Positions 28,747 to 38,601 of a stretch of 64,000 bases of DNA are shown here, piece by piece. A program made the position numbers and the translations under genes. Positions within the stretch are counted from its first letter, which is position 1; each line of letters starts with the position of its first letter. Source of the DNA: Candidatus Latescibacterota bacterium (GTDB lineage Bacteria; Latescibacterota; UBA2968); NCBI GenBank assembly GCA_965208125.1, contig OZ242320.1, positions 3,232,001 to 3,296,000 on the forward strand, given 5' to 3'. Below the pieces are notes generated by a model. It saw only the letters and a list, made by a program, of their open reading frames with translations. It ran no database searches and had not been told where the DNA came from.

Positions 28747-30240
28747 ATGTTTAATGGCAAGCCCCATATCATTTTTATCATCACCGACCAGCAACGGTTT
28801 GATACCATCAGCGCCTGGGGATATGATTATATGGTTACGCCCACGCTGGATCGGCTCGCGCGTGAGAGTGTGTCGTTTCGCCAGGCGTATTGTCCCGGCG
28901 CGACGTGTGTGGCATCGCGGGCGGCGATTTTTACGGGTATGTATCCTCATACGACGGGTGTTTATAGTTTTGATCACTGGGCGAATCACCGCAACTGGGT
29001 GCAGGATTTATCGGATGCGGGCTATTATTGCGTGAATATTGGCAAGATGCACCTGACGCCGCGCGATGTTCCCGGTGGATTTCACGAGCGCGTTATTGTG
29101 GAAAATCCCACGAATAAGGCGCTGGATGGTGGCGGGGCAGATGACGATTGGGGCAGGTACATGACGTTTCACAATGTGAAGCGGCCCAATGATCGCAATA
29201 AGGCAGATCCCGAATGGCTCAACAAGTGTCAGGGGGTCGTTTGGCACGAGGAGGAGCGGTTTCACAGCGATGTGTTTATCGGTAATTCCGCGTTGAACTG
29301 GATTCGCAACCACCGGGGCGATAACCCGCTGTTTCTCCAGATCGGATTTACGGGACCTCACGAGCCCTGGGATCCTTTGCCAAGACATTTGGATTTGTAT
29401 CGCGATCGAGATATGCCGCCGTGTGTGAAGCGGGATAGAGAGTTGGAAGAGAAGCCACCGCAACATGCGGCGCATCTGGATATGCACGCGACGACCGATC
29501 ACGAATCGCAAATCGATTTGCGCGGGCGCACAGATGATGAACTCGCCGAGATGAAGCGGCATTATTACGGAAATATTTCGACGGTTGATGAAAAGCTGGG
29601 CGAGATTCTGGATGCCCTGCAAGCGCGGGGGTGGTTGGAGAATAGTTTGTTGATTTTTTGTTCTGATCACGGCGAGATGCTGGGCGATCACGGGCTGGCG
29701 TATAAGTGGTTGATGTACGATCCGATTGTGCATATTCCGCTGATGATTCGCACGCCGCAATCTGTTCACCGTCCGTGCGAAACGCGCGATCTGGTTTCAC
29801 TTATGGATTTGGGACCTACGATTCTGAAGGCTGCGGGGGTAGCTGTTCCGACCTATTTGGAGGGGCGTTCTTTGATGCCGTATTTGAATGGGGAGACGCC
29901 CGTGCCGCGGAAATACGTTTTTTGCGAGGACAATTATCAGATTATGATGCGGTCACAGACCCATAAGATGGTGTATTATATCGGGCAATCAGAAGGCGAG
30001 TTGTATGATTTAGACCGCGATTCCGGAGAGTTGTGGAATGTGTGGGATCAGTCTGAATACGCCGATGTGAAAGGCGAGATGTTTGCGGATTTGCTCAGTT
30101 GGATGGCGACGAGCAATTATTACAATGCCGGATACAAGCGCCAGCGCAGCAAGCAATACGGCATGCGATGGCCCTCGGAAAACGACGCGTATTTGCACGG
30201 GCGCAAAGGGCAATCAAAACCCCGAGTTGTCGATTTGTAG
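28747..30240 (+). CDS. Sulfatase
   Basis: IITDQQR, CVASR (CxAxR) motif, GKMH, PHEPWD, SDHGEMLGDH. Confidence 0.93.
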   Translation: MFNGKPHIIFIITDQQRFDTISAWGYDYMVTPTLDRLARESVSFRQAYCPGATCVASRAAIFTGMYPHTTGVYSFDHWANHRNWVQDLSDAGYYCVNIGKMHLTPRDVPGGFHERVIVENPTNKALDGGGADDDWGRYMTFHNVKRPNDRNKADPEWLNKCQGVVWHEEERFHSDVFIGNSALNWIRNHRGDNPLFLQIGFTGPHEPWDPLPRHLDLYRDRDMPPCVKRDRELEEKPPQHAAHLDMHATTDHESQIDLRGRTDDELAEMKRHYYGNISTVDEKLGEILDALQARGWLENSLLIFCSDHGEMLGDHGLAYKWLMYDPIVHIPLMIRTPQSVHRPCETRDLVSLMDLGPTILKAAGVAVPTYLEGRSLMPYLNGETPVPRKYVFCEDNYQIMMRSQTHKMVYYIGQSEGELYDLDRDSGELWNVWDQSEYADVKGEMFADLLSWMATSNYYNAGYKRQRSKQYGMRWPSENDAYLHGRKGQSKPRVVDL

Positions 30241-30287
30241 AGGGTGATATACAATATGATCGCAGACTTGTGAGAAGAGGAGACGCA

Positions 30288-31079
30288 ATGGCGACGCTAC
30301 AACTGAAAGTGCAGTACTTCCAAGACAGCACGCCCACAGAAGTGCCCTGCCGTGAGGAAAATTTCGTCGTGCGGGAACTGGATTTCGCCCTGCCAGTCGA
30401 GCAGACGGCGCTCGTGCTAATCGACCTGTGGAACGTGCATCACATCGATAGCTGGATCGAGCGCGCCGAGGCGGTGACCAAGGAAGTGATTGCGCCGCTT
30501 ATCGGGCGAGCGCGCGAATACGGCCTGACCATCGTGCAGGCACCCAGTCCCGGAGTACTGGCCAATTTCCCGGATAAGTACGAGGTGTACCAAGGCTGCA
30601 CGCCCGAGCCTGAACCGGGGTCGCCGCCGAGTTGGCCGCCAGCCGAGTTCCGCAACCGGCAGGGGACGTACGCCTGTTTCCGGGGGCCGCGCAACCAAGA
30701 GCCGGGCATTGATCTTTATTGGCAGAGCCTAACCGGGCAACTCGATCTTTCGCCCCACATCGCCGTGGAGGAAGGGGACTTTGTCGTGGGCACGGGCCAG
30801 CAACTGCACGATTTGTGCCAAGAGCGCGGCATTCTGCATTTGCTCTTCGCCGGCTTTGCGACCAACTGGTGTATATTGGGCCGCGACTACGGGGTTCGCG
30901 CCATGCGCGGGCGGGGCTATAACACCATTTTGGTGCGAGACGCCACGGACGGAGTGGAATTTCCCGATACACTAGAGGCTAAGTGGGCCACGGAATTGGC
31001 CGTGCGCGAAGTCGAGCAAGTGCATGGCTTTTCCACCTCGACAGCCGATTTTTACGCCGCCTGCACCGCTTTGGATTGA
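30288..31079 (+). CDS. Isochorismatase / cysteine hydrolase family protein
   Basis: ATG 30288 with GAGGAG RBS; TALVLIDLWN, AGFATNWC, ILVRDATD. Confidence 0.8.
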   Translation: MATLQLKVQYFQDSTPTEVPCREENFVVRELDFALPVEQTALVLIDLWNVHHIDSWIERAEAVTKEVIAPLIGRAREYGLTIVQAPSPGVLANFPDKYEVYQGCTPEPEPGSPPSWPPAEFRNRQGTYACFRGPRNQEPGIDLYWQSLTGQLDLSPHIAVEEGDFVVGTGQQLHDLCQERGILHLLFAGFATNWCILGRDYGVRAMRGRGYNTILVRDATDGVEFPDTLEAKWATELAVREVEQVHGFSTSTADFYAACTALD

Positions 31080-31276
31080 TAGGATAGTAACGCGCTTTGG
31101 AGGAGCACGTGCGGCGGCTTTTGCGGTCGTGCAAATCCTATTGTCTAGCGCCGTGTACGCGCATCAACAATGGCATTACACGGGTGACCATGTCGTCGAT
31201 TAAGACTTGTGCCTTTTAGATAGTCGTATATATTTTTGATTATAAATGTGCTAATGTTAATCCATATTACACAGAG

Positions 31277-31594
31277 GTGGACATCTTGAAGAAAACAACT
31301 CCTATGGTACATCGCGTTCCTTTAACCAAAGCCCGCACCAATTTGGGACAGATCGTGCGACGAGCGCACCTCAACAACGAGTGTTTCATCCTGGAAAAGA
31401 ACGGTATTCCCATTGCTGGTATTATGGACATAGATGATATGGAAGATTGGTTAGAACTCCAGGATCCCGAGATGCAGGAACAGATTGCGGAGGGGTATAA
31501 AGAATATCGACAAGGCAAAACCAGACCTCTGGATGAGTTTTTGTCTGAACTCCATGCTGGCGACGACCCCAAAAAAGTAAAAACGTATTCATAG
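31277..31594 (+). CDS. Phd/YefM family antitoxin
   Basis: LTKARTNLGQIV, ILEKNGIPIA, acidic C-terminus EGYKEYRQGKT. Confidence 0.85.
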   Translation: MDILKKTTPMVHRVPLTKARTNLGQIVRRAHLNNECFILEKNGIPIAGIMDIDDMEDWLELQDPEMQEQIAEGYKEYRQGKTRPLDEFLSELHAGDDPKKVKTYS

Positions 31595-31606
31595 GCACTA
31601 TCTATA

Positions 31607-31891
31607 ATGCCGCAACCGTTTCTTGTTCGTACTTCATCTCGATTTCTGCGCGATGCTCGAAGACGCCTTAGACAAAATCCCAAACTGGTGGAAGTCCTTG
31701 AGGGGTTACGTGTCATTCTCGGCGAGGATCCCTATAATCGCACGAGGCAACACCATATTAAAAAACTCAAGGATATAAAACCGGGTGAGGGCCAGTGGCG
31801 CATTCGGCATGGCGACTATCGCCTGCGTTATGATATATTCGGTAAGGAAGTCGTTCTATACTCTTTTCGGCATCGTAGAGAAGTGTATTGA
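31607..31891 (+). CDS. RelE/ParE family toxin
   Basis: IKKL, WRIRHGDYRLRYDI, HRREVY. Confidence 0.9.
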   Translation: MPQPFLVRTSSRFLRDARRRLRQNPKLVEVLEGLRVILGEDPYNRTRQHHIKKLKDIKPGEGQWRIRHGDYRLRYDIFGKEVVLYSFRHRREVY

Positions 31892-31902
31892 CTGATCACA
31901 AC

Positions 31903-31935
31903 AAAAGCCCTCCTGAAAAAGACAGGAGGGCTTTT
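31903..31935. terminator. Bidirectional Rho-independent terminator
   Basis: AAAAGCCCTCCTG-AAAAAGA-CAGGAGGGCTTTT. Confidence 0.85.
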
Positions 31936-31957
31936 CTATTTAATATTTCCTTTTTAT

Positions 31958-33154
31958 TTACACAGAAACGACTTGTCGCGTGTCTTCGATCTCGGCGTCG
32001 AGATTGCCCGACAGGTCGTTGTCGTTGAGGTGAATGCGGTCGACTTTTTCGCCGATGTGTACACCTATGCGCTGTGTTGCCGTTTCATCATTGCCAATGC
32101 GGTTATTTGTGAAGGTGAGGTCGTGGGTTTCGCCCAGGATGCGTATGCCATAGCCTTTGTTTTTGTCGCCGTTGTCGAGTATCTGATTGTTCTCAAAGGT
32201 GTTGCGATGCCCACCCATGGGTTCGGATTCGTTGCGGAAGAGTATGCCTTCACAGCCGTTGCGCAGTGATCGGTTGTTGGAAAACACATTGTCGGTGTCT
32301 TTGTGGCCAATGGAGATGCCCGTGTCGCCATTGCTGATGAGGTCGTTGTTTTCAAAGATGCCGTGTTTGACGCGCCAGCACAGGAAGAGGCCAATGCGGC
32401 CGTTGTTTTCCGAGCGGCAGTTGCGGATGATGGGGTGCTGGCTGCCACTCCCCGGGTGCAGGCCCAGGTGGGTATTGCCCCTGCAGGTGCAGTTTTCGAC
32501 TGTGACGTGCTGGCTCTGCTGGAAGCTGATGCCGTCGCCGTGATAATTTTTGATCGCGCAGTTTTGTATCGCTGTATGGTGCCCGCGGTAGAGGAATATG
32601 CCAGCACCGCGGCAACCGTTGAGGTGCGGATTGTTTTCCCGGTTGCCATCTACAGTCAGGTTTTCGATCCGGGCATTTTCGATGTGGTAGCCACTGATGA
32701 CCGGGAAGGTGGTTGCAGCGCGCGCATTGCGAGAGATGAGATAATCGCCTCCCATGGGCACATTGACGCCAAAGGTGTTGTCCTTTTGCCAGAGAATGGT
32801 GCCGACAGCGGTGTGAAATCCACCGCCCTGATCATCCGTGATGCTGACGCCATAGCTCACTTTGAATCCATCGGGATTTTCAAGGGTGATCTGTTCTTCG
32901 CCAAAATCCCCGTCGAGGAGAAGTGGAGTCTCAACGCCGTCTGCCTTACGCAATGTGGTATTTTCGCCCTGTCCTTTGACCGTGATGTTGCTGCGAAGAT
33001 GGAGCGCGTCGCGCATGATGTACGTGCCGGATAGGATTTCAACCGTGCCTCCGCCGAGCGCGGCGATGTAATCGGTTGCGGCTTGCAAAGCGCGATTGTC
33101 ATTGCCGATGATGTCGGCGTTTTTTTGTCCGACGGTGATGTGTAAGCCAGTCAT
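31958..33154 (-). CDS. Right-handed parallel beta-helix repeat protein (pectate-lyase-like)
   Basis: ALQAA.D...GGTV.I..GTY, repeated N..DGI/NG..GI rungs; no signal peptide. Confidence 0.85.
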   Translation of the reverse strand: MTGLHITVGQKNADIIGNDNRALQAATDYIAALGGGTVEILSGTYIMRDALHLRSNITVKGQGENTTLRKADGVETPLLLDGDFGEEQITLENPDGFKVSYGVSITDDQGGGFHTAVGTILWQKDNTFGVNVPMGGDYLISRNARAATTFPVISGYHIENARIENLTVDGNRENNPHLNGCRGAGIFLYRGHHTAIQNCAIKNYHGDGISFQQSQHVTVENCTCRGNTHLGLHPGSGSQHPIIRNCRSENNGRIGLFLCWRVKHGIFENNDLISNGDTGISIGHKDTDNVFSNNRSLRNGCEGILFRNESEPMGGHRNTFENNQILDNGDKNKGYGIRILGETHDLTFTNNRIGNDETATQRIGVHIGEKVDRIHLNDNDLSGNLDAEIEDTRQVVSV

Positions 33155-33163
33155 GAGAGTCTC

Positions 33164-34207
33164 CTAATCAATGCGAATTTCCCGTCCGGTTTCGCCACTT
33201 TCGAGTACGGCTTCCATCATTTGTTGCACTTGATATCCGTGGCGCAGGGGTGCTTCGCAGGTTTTGCCGTTGAGGATGCAGTCGATAAAGTGGCCCGCAA
33301 TGCGGTCCCAGGCCTGGGTCGCGAGCGGGATATCGACGGCGATGTCGTGCGGGACGCCGTCCTGTGTTTTGTAGATTTTAAGCGGGCGGAATTGCGCGCC
33401 TGCTTCGTCGCCAAAGAGTTCGATCTGGAGTTCGTTGGGCTGGTGCGATGCCCAGAAGCTTTCGACCTGAAGACCGGCGCCGTTTTCAAAGCGGATGAAT
33501 CCGCCGGCATAGTCGTCAGCGGCGTATTGTTCGTAGGTGCTGCGCGGGACTTGTCTAAAGCCCCAGTAGCCGCGTCCGCGCGGTCCAAATTTTGCGCCGC
33601 ACACGCCTGTGACGGTGACGGGTTTGGGCATGCCGAGCAAGTACCACACGGCGTCGAGGACGTGGACACCCATGTCGCGGAATGCGCCGCCGCCTTTTTG
33701 GATGAATCCGAGGTTCCACGCGGGGATGCCGCTTCGGCGCACGCTGCGGGCGCGGGCATAGTACAGGTCCCCAAAATAGCCTTCGCGTGCGAGTTTTCCG
33801 AGGTATTGGCACTGGTCGGAAAATCGGGTGGAGAGCGACATCATGTTGACGACGCCAGATGCTTCGGCGGCTTCGACGAGTTTTTGTGCTGCCTGCTCAG
33901 AGTCCGATAGTGGTTTGGTGACCATGACGTGTTTGTCGTTTTTGACGGCTTCGAGTGCGATGGGCACATGCCACTGGTTTGGGGTGCCTACAAAAACCGC
34001 GTCGATGTCGGGATCTTTACACATTTCTTTGTAATCGGTGTAGAATTTTTGTTCGCCGGGCAATTCGCGGGCAAATTCTTCCATTCTTTCGGGGATCAGG
34101 TCGCATAGTGCGACGACTTCGCCGCGATCATTTTTCGCAAGGGCGCGGCCATTGGGTTTTCCAATGCCCATACCGACGACACATACGCGGACTTTTTTTT
34201 CTGGCAT
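33164..34207 (-). CDS. Gfo/Idh/MocA family oxidoreductase
   Basis: VVGMGIG, GTPNQWH, KHVMVTKP, GGGAFRDMGVH. Confidence 0.92.
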   Translation of the reverse strand: MPEKKVRVCVVGMGIGKPNGRALAKNDRGEVVALCDLIPERMEEFARELPGEQKFYTDYKEMCKDPDIDAVFVGTPNQWHVPIALEAVKNDKHVMVTKPLSDSEQAAQKLVEAAEASGVVNMMSLSTRFSDQCQYLGKLAREGYFGDLYYARARSVRRSGIPAWNLGFIQKGGGAFRDMGVHVLDAVWYLLGMPKPVTVTGVCGAKFGPRGRGYWGFRQVPRSTYEQYAADDYAGGFIRFENGAGLQVESFWASHQPNELQIELFGDEAGAQFRPLKIYKTQDGVPHDIAVDIPLATQAWDRIAGHFIDCILNGKTCEAPLRHGYQVQQMMEAVLESGETGREIRID

Positions 34208-34312
34208 GATGCACTCCTGTTGTTAAATTGGATTGATTTTAAAAATGCGCCCTTTATTATGCAAAAAAAATAGGGTTTTACCAACAGGATTTCACGGAAA
34301 GGACATGGTGTT

Positions 34313-35437
34313 ATGCTCACTCTGGAAGGTTGTCGCAATCGGCAGCAACGATTTCGCGCGCGTCTCTCTGAGGAGGGGATTGATGCGGTTATTATTACGG
34401 ACTATCGGGATATTTACTATTTGACTGGCGTGCTCTTGTCGGCGTATCCATCGTTTTCTTTTCCCGCGCTTCTGTATTTTGAGACCGATGGAGGTTCGTG
34501 GTTGGCGTCAACGACCGATGAAGGGGATGTGGCTGTGGATGAGCGCGTGGTGTACGATTCGCATGTGCTCTATACGATGAACCCCGATCCGATGCGCTTG
34601 CTGAATGCGGCGGTGGCGCAGAAGCTCCGCGATTGTCGGGGTATTTCTCGTTTGGGCTGGCAGCAGGAAGCCACGCCCAAGTTGCTTGCGGATACAGTGT
34701 CAGATACTTTGGGTGGCGAATGGGTGGGGATAGACGATTTGTTGATTGCACAGCAGATGCGTAAGGACGCCGATGAAGTTGCGATGTTGCAAAAGGCGAT
34801 TGATATTAATCTGCGGGCTTATGATCGCGTGCAAGAGGTGATTGCGCCGGGTGTAAATGAGCTGGATGTGCTCGCGGCGGGGCAGCAGGTCGCGCTGAAT
34901 GCAGCGGGTGAGGTGCTGCACCACGGGGGCGATTACCAGTGTGGGCAATTGGGAGGGCTTGCCAGAGACCGGATTATTGAAGATGGGGAGTTGTATGTTA
35001 TCGACGCGCAGACAGAATATCACGGGTACTGGTCCGATCTGTGCCGCACCTTTGCGGTGGGCGATCCCACAGATTTGCAGACGTCGGTGTACGATCTTTT
35101 GAAAGCTATTTTAGAGGATGTCCCCAATCTGGTAAGTCCCGGTGGACGGGGAACCACACTGTGGCATGCGATTGATGAGAGAATCCGCGAGCATCCCCAT
35201 TTGTCTGACATCGGGCTGATCCATCACGCGGGACACGGTGTGGGGATTCGCGCACACGAGCCGCCCGATTTGAATCGGGACAGAGAGGGTATTTTTGAGG
35301 TGGGCACGGTTTTTTCCTGTGAGCCGGGTGCGTATAGCGAGGCATTAAACGGGGGCATTCGGTTGGAGAATACGTTTTTGGTGACGGAAGACGGTGTGCA
35401 AAATTTGACGGATTATCCGCTGGTGTTAAAGAAGTGA
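34313..35437 (+). CDS. Xaa-Pro peptidase family (M24) protein
   Basis: RKDADEV, GYWSDLCRT, HHAGHGVG..HE, EPG.Y, GIRLEN. Confidence 0.9.
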   Translation: MLTLEGCRNRQQRFRARLSEEGIDAVIITDYRDIYYLTGVLLSAYPSFSFPALLYFETDGGSWLASTTDEGDVAVDERVVYDSHVLYTMNPDPMRLLNAAVAQKLRDCRGISRLGWQQEATPKLLADTVSDTLGGEWVGIDDLLIAQQMRKDADEVAMLQKAIDINLRAYDRVQEVIAPGVNELDVLAAGQQVALNAAGEVLHHGGDYQCGQLGGLARDRIIEDGELYVIDAQTEYHGYWSDLCRTFAVGDPTDLQTSVYDLLKAILEDVPNLVSPGGRGTTLWHAIDERIREHPHLSDIGLIHHAGHGVGIRAHEPPDLNRDREGIFEVGTVFSCEPGAYSEALNGGIRLENTFLVTEDGVQNLTDYPLVLKK

Positions 35438-35456
35438 GAAGTGAGAAGTGTGAAGT
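35431..35456. repeat. Heptamer short tandem repeat (GAAGTGA x3.7)
   Basis: GAAGTGA GAAGTGA GAAGTGT GAAGT between convergent stops. Confidence 0.5.
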
Positions 35457-35474
35457 CCACCCAGCCTCTGGTCC

Positions 35475-36464
35475 TCAGAGTGGGAGTACGTTGCCCGTGT
35501 CCGCTGCTTCGCGTGCCTGGAGGCACAGGCGCGTGACTTTTATGGCTTCGTCGGGTCCGATGATGTGGGGTGCTTTGCCCGTGCGTTCCCCATGGAGGTT
35601 GACGAGAAAATTTTCTTCGAGGGGCAAGGACAAGTCGCAGGGTTCTTCGCCCGAGCGAATCAGATGCGTGCGGTCGTCGATGACTTCGATGACGCCTTCT
35701 GATCCGGCGATTCGGAGGCGGTCGTCGCCGTGGGTGGGTGCTGTTGAGGGACGCAAATAATCGAGGTTGATCATTGCTGTGCCGCCATTGCTCAGGCGGA
35801 AGAGCATACCGCCGTGGTCTTCGCAGCCGGGGTAGTCGGGGTGGGCGAGGTTGCCGTGAAGCGCGGCGACTTGTGTGTATTCACGCCCGGTTGTCCAGCG
35901 CGTGTAATCGACGGCGTGGATTGCGACCCAGGGGATTGTGCCGCCGTAAGTTTCTCGCTTTTTGAAAAAGTCCGGGCGCGTGCCAAAGCGATAGGATTTT
36001 TGCGCGGTTGCCAGAAGGGGTTCGCCGATGAGGCCGTCTTGAACTGCCTGGTGTGCTGCGCGAAATGCAGGGGATAGTCGCAGGCCAAACATGGCGGTGA
36101 GGCGAATTCCGCTGTTTTTGACCGCTGTTTCAAGGGCGTCGAGATCTTTCAGAGTGGTTGCAACGGGTTTTTCACTGACGATGTCGATTCCGCGGTTTGC
36201 AGCATCTATTGAGGCTTCGGCGTTGAGGGAATACGGACGACATATACTGACGATGTCGATTTCTTCAGTGTCGAGCATGTGGCGATAGTCGTCATACAGG
36301 CGGGTGTGTGCGGTGAATGCGGCGTGCGATTTGACTTTGGCGAGGGTGTCGTCGGGGTGCCCTTTGGCACAGGCGATGAGTTGTGCGTCGGGGATGTGCG
36401 CGATGCCGTCGAGTACCATGTTCTGATGTCCGTCGCTGCCGATTTGTGCGATTTTGAGTGGCAT
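35475..36464 (-). CDS. Gfo/Idh/MocA family oxidoreductase
   Basis: Start MPLKIAQIG (ATG 36464, RBS AGGAG); SEKPVA, GGTIPWVAIH. Confidence 0.88.
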   Translation of the reverse strand: MPLKIAQIGSDGHQNMVLDGIAHIPDAQLIACAKGHPDDTLAKVKSHAAFTAHTRLYDDYRHMLDTEEIDIVSICRPYSLNAEASIDAANRGIDIVSEKPVATTLKDLDALETAVKNSGIRLTAMFGLRLSPAFRAAHQAVQDGLIGEPLLATAQKSYRFGTRPDFFKKRETYGGTIPWVAIHAVDYTRWTTGREYTQVAALHGNLAHPDYPGCEDHGGMLFRLSNGGTAMINLDYLRPSTAPTHGDDRLRIAGSEGVIEVIDDRTHLIRSGEEPCDLSLPLEENFLVNLHGERTGKAPHIIGPDEAIKVTRLCLQAREAADTGNVLPL

Positions 36465-36523
36465 GGTGTTCTTGCTCCTGTTGTTGAGATTTAGGTTGAT
36501 GGTTTTAATTAACGGAGGAATAA

Positions 36524-38443
36524 ATGCTTTCGCAAAAGTATTCGGAAGACGTGTTAAAAGATATTTTGATTTCGCGGGATGATTGGCAGCCTTTTCCCAC
36601 GGCGTTGACGCGCTATGCGTGGGATGCATTGCCAGAAGGCGTTCGGCAGGCGCAAATTGCGCGGGGGGAAGAACGCCTGAATTTTGAATGGCCGAGCGTG
36701 CCTGCGGTGCGGTTTTTGGATTATGCGCGCAATGGCAATCGCTCGCGGTACGAGAGCTTGAGTTTTGGGCGACGCACGGCGCTGTCCGATCTGGTTCTGG
36801 CAGAGTGCGTGGAGGGCAAAGGCAGATTTTTGGATGATATTACCAATGGTATCTGGTGCATTTGCGAGGAGTCTTTTTGGGGCGTACCCGCGCATATTGG
36901 CGTGCAAAAGGCGGGTAGTGGCTTGCCGGATACGGCTGAGCCGATTGTCGATTTGTTTGCCGCAGAGACGTCGGAATTGCTGGCGTGGACGGTGTATTTG
37001 CTCGGCGCGCAACTCGACGCGATTTCGCCTTTGATTGTGCCGCGCATTGCGCGTGAGATGCAATATCGGATTTTGACGCCTTTGTTGGAGCGCGAAGATT
37101 TTGGCTGGATGGGATATTCTGGTGCGCGCGTGAACAATTGGAATCCGTGGATTGTGTCGAATTGGTTGACTTCTACTTTGTTGATGGAGACCGATGATGC
37201 GCGGCGGGTTGCTTCGGTGTTTAAGGCGATGCAGACGGTGGATCATTTTATCGATCCGTATCCGCAGGATGGGGGCTGTGACGAGGGTCCGGGCTATTGG
37301 GGGCGTGCGGGGGCATCGCTTTACGATTGTTTGGAGTGGCTTTACAGTGCAACGGGTGGCGCGATTGATGTGTATGATGAACTGCTCGTTCAGAATATTG
37401 GCAAGTTTATCTATCGAGTGCAAATTGCGGATCGATATTTTATCAATTTTGCCGATGCGTCACCTGTGGTGATGCCAGCTTTTGCGGTTGTTTATGGCTA
37501 TGGCAAGCGCATTGGCGATGACGCGATGGTGGCTCTCGGCGCGTGGGCTGCAAAACAACAGGGTGCTGCCGAGAAGGGTATTTCGGAGTCTTTTGGGAGC
37601 ATGGGGCGCGCATTGCCCGCGCTGTTTTCGCTGAATGAGATTCTCGATGCAGACGCAGCGCTGCCGTTGCCGCGTGATGTGTTTTTGGACGAGATTGAGG
37701 TGTTTGTCGCTCGCGATCAAGGGGGTTCGACAGAAGGCTTTTTTGTGGGGGCAAAGGGCGGGCACAATGCCGAGAGTCACAATCACAATGATATCGGGCA
37801 TGTGGTGGTCTATTTAGATGGTGAGCCAGTGCTCGTGGATGCGGGGGTCGAGACTTATACGGCCAAGACGTTTAGCAGTACGCGGTATGATATCTGGACG
37901 ATGCAATCCCAATATCACACGTTGCCGACGGTGAATGGACAGATGCAGATTCCCGGGCGGGTTTATTCGGAGACGGGGATTGATTATCACTACGATATTG
38001 CCGCTCGGGATGTGTCTTATGCGGCGAGCGAGACGGATGCGACGTTTGCTCTGGATCTGGCGCAAGCCTATCCGCCAGAGGCTCAGATTGATTCGTGGAT
38101 GAGGAGGGTTGTTTTGCATCGCGGCGAGGGTGTGACGATTGCAGATCGATATGCGTTGAAAGCCGTGACGGGCGATGTTGTGATGAATGTGTTGACGGCA
38201 TGTGGTGTTGAGGATCGCGGCGATGGGACAATCGCGTTGATAGAGGTAGAGTTGGCGGATGGACGCATGTCTGGCGCGGCGCATTTGCACTATGATGTAG
38301 ATGTGTTCGATGTGGCGGTTGAGGATATCGCGATTGAAGATGCGCGATTGAAGACTGTTTGGGGTGATTTGTTGCGAAGAATCACGCTGACGGTTAAGAA
38401 TCCCGAGCTGCGTGGTGGGTGGACAATTCGAGTGACGCGGTGA
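36524..38443 (+). CDS. Heparinase II/III family polysaccharide lyase-like protein
   Basis: NNWNPW, DGGCDEGPGYW, NFADA, KGGHNAESHNHNDIG, DAG..TY, QSQYH. Confidence 0.88.
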   Translation: MLSQKYSEDVLKDILISRDDWQPFPTALTRYAWDALPEGVRQAQIARGEERLNFEWPSVPAVRFLDYARNGNRSRYESLSFGRRTALSDLVLAECVEGKGRFLDDITNGIWCICEESFWGVPAHIGVQKAGSGLPDTAEPIVDLFAAETSELLAWTVYLLGAQLDAISPLIVPRIAREMQYRILTPLLEREDFGWMGYSGARVNNWNPWIVSNWLTSTLLMETDDARRVASVFKAMQTVDHFIDPYPQDGGCDEGPGYWGRAGASLYDCLEWLYSATGGAIDVYDELLVQNIGKFIYRVQIADRYFINFADASPVVMPAFAVVYGYGKRIGDDAMVALGAWAAKQQGAAEKGISESFGSMGRALPALFSLNEILDADAALPLPRDVFLDEIEVFVARDQGGSTEGFFVGAKGGHNAESHNHNDIGHVVVYLDGEPVLVDAGVETYTAKTFSSTRYDIWTMQSQYHTLPTVNGQMQIPGRVYSETGIDYHYDIAARDVSYAASETDATFALDLAQAYPPEAQIDSWMRRVVLHRGEGVTIADRYALKAVTGDVVMNVLTACGVEDRGDGTIALIEVELADGRMSGAAHLHYDVDVFDVAVEDIAIEDARLKTVWGDLLRRITLTVKNPELRGGWTIRVTR

Positions 38444-38504
38444 GACGAAGCGGGGTATGAAGGCGAGTAAACCGAGCATGACTGTGCCAGCAGTTCATCG
38501 ACCT

Positions 38505-38529
38505 GTAGGAGAGGCATCCCTGCCTCGAT
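38505..38529 (+). repeat. GTAG-type REP-like palindrome
   Basis: GTAGGA-GAGGCA-TCCC-TGCCTC-GAT. Confidence 0.45.
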
Positions 38530-38560
38530 TTTATAGCTTTATGATACATTTTCAGAAGTC

Positions 38561-38598
38561 AAAAAGGAGTAGGTCATAAGGGGCTTGCTCCTTTTTTT
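38561..38598. terminator. Rho-independent terminator between convergent genes
   Basis: AAAAAGGAGTAGG...CTTGCTCCTTTTTTT. Confidence 0.65.
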
Positions 38599-38601
38599 AA
38601 A

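Noticed and set aside
30099-30287. N-terminal extensions in the ORF track (also 36465-36629, 39697-39915, 39643-39801, 53303-53386, 59862-59939, 28378-28494)
   Set aside because: Most overlap neighbouring genes; downstream ATGs have better RBS and match domain starts
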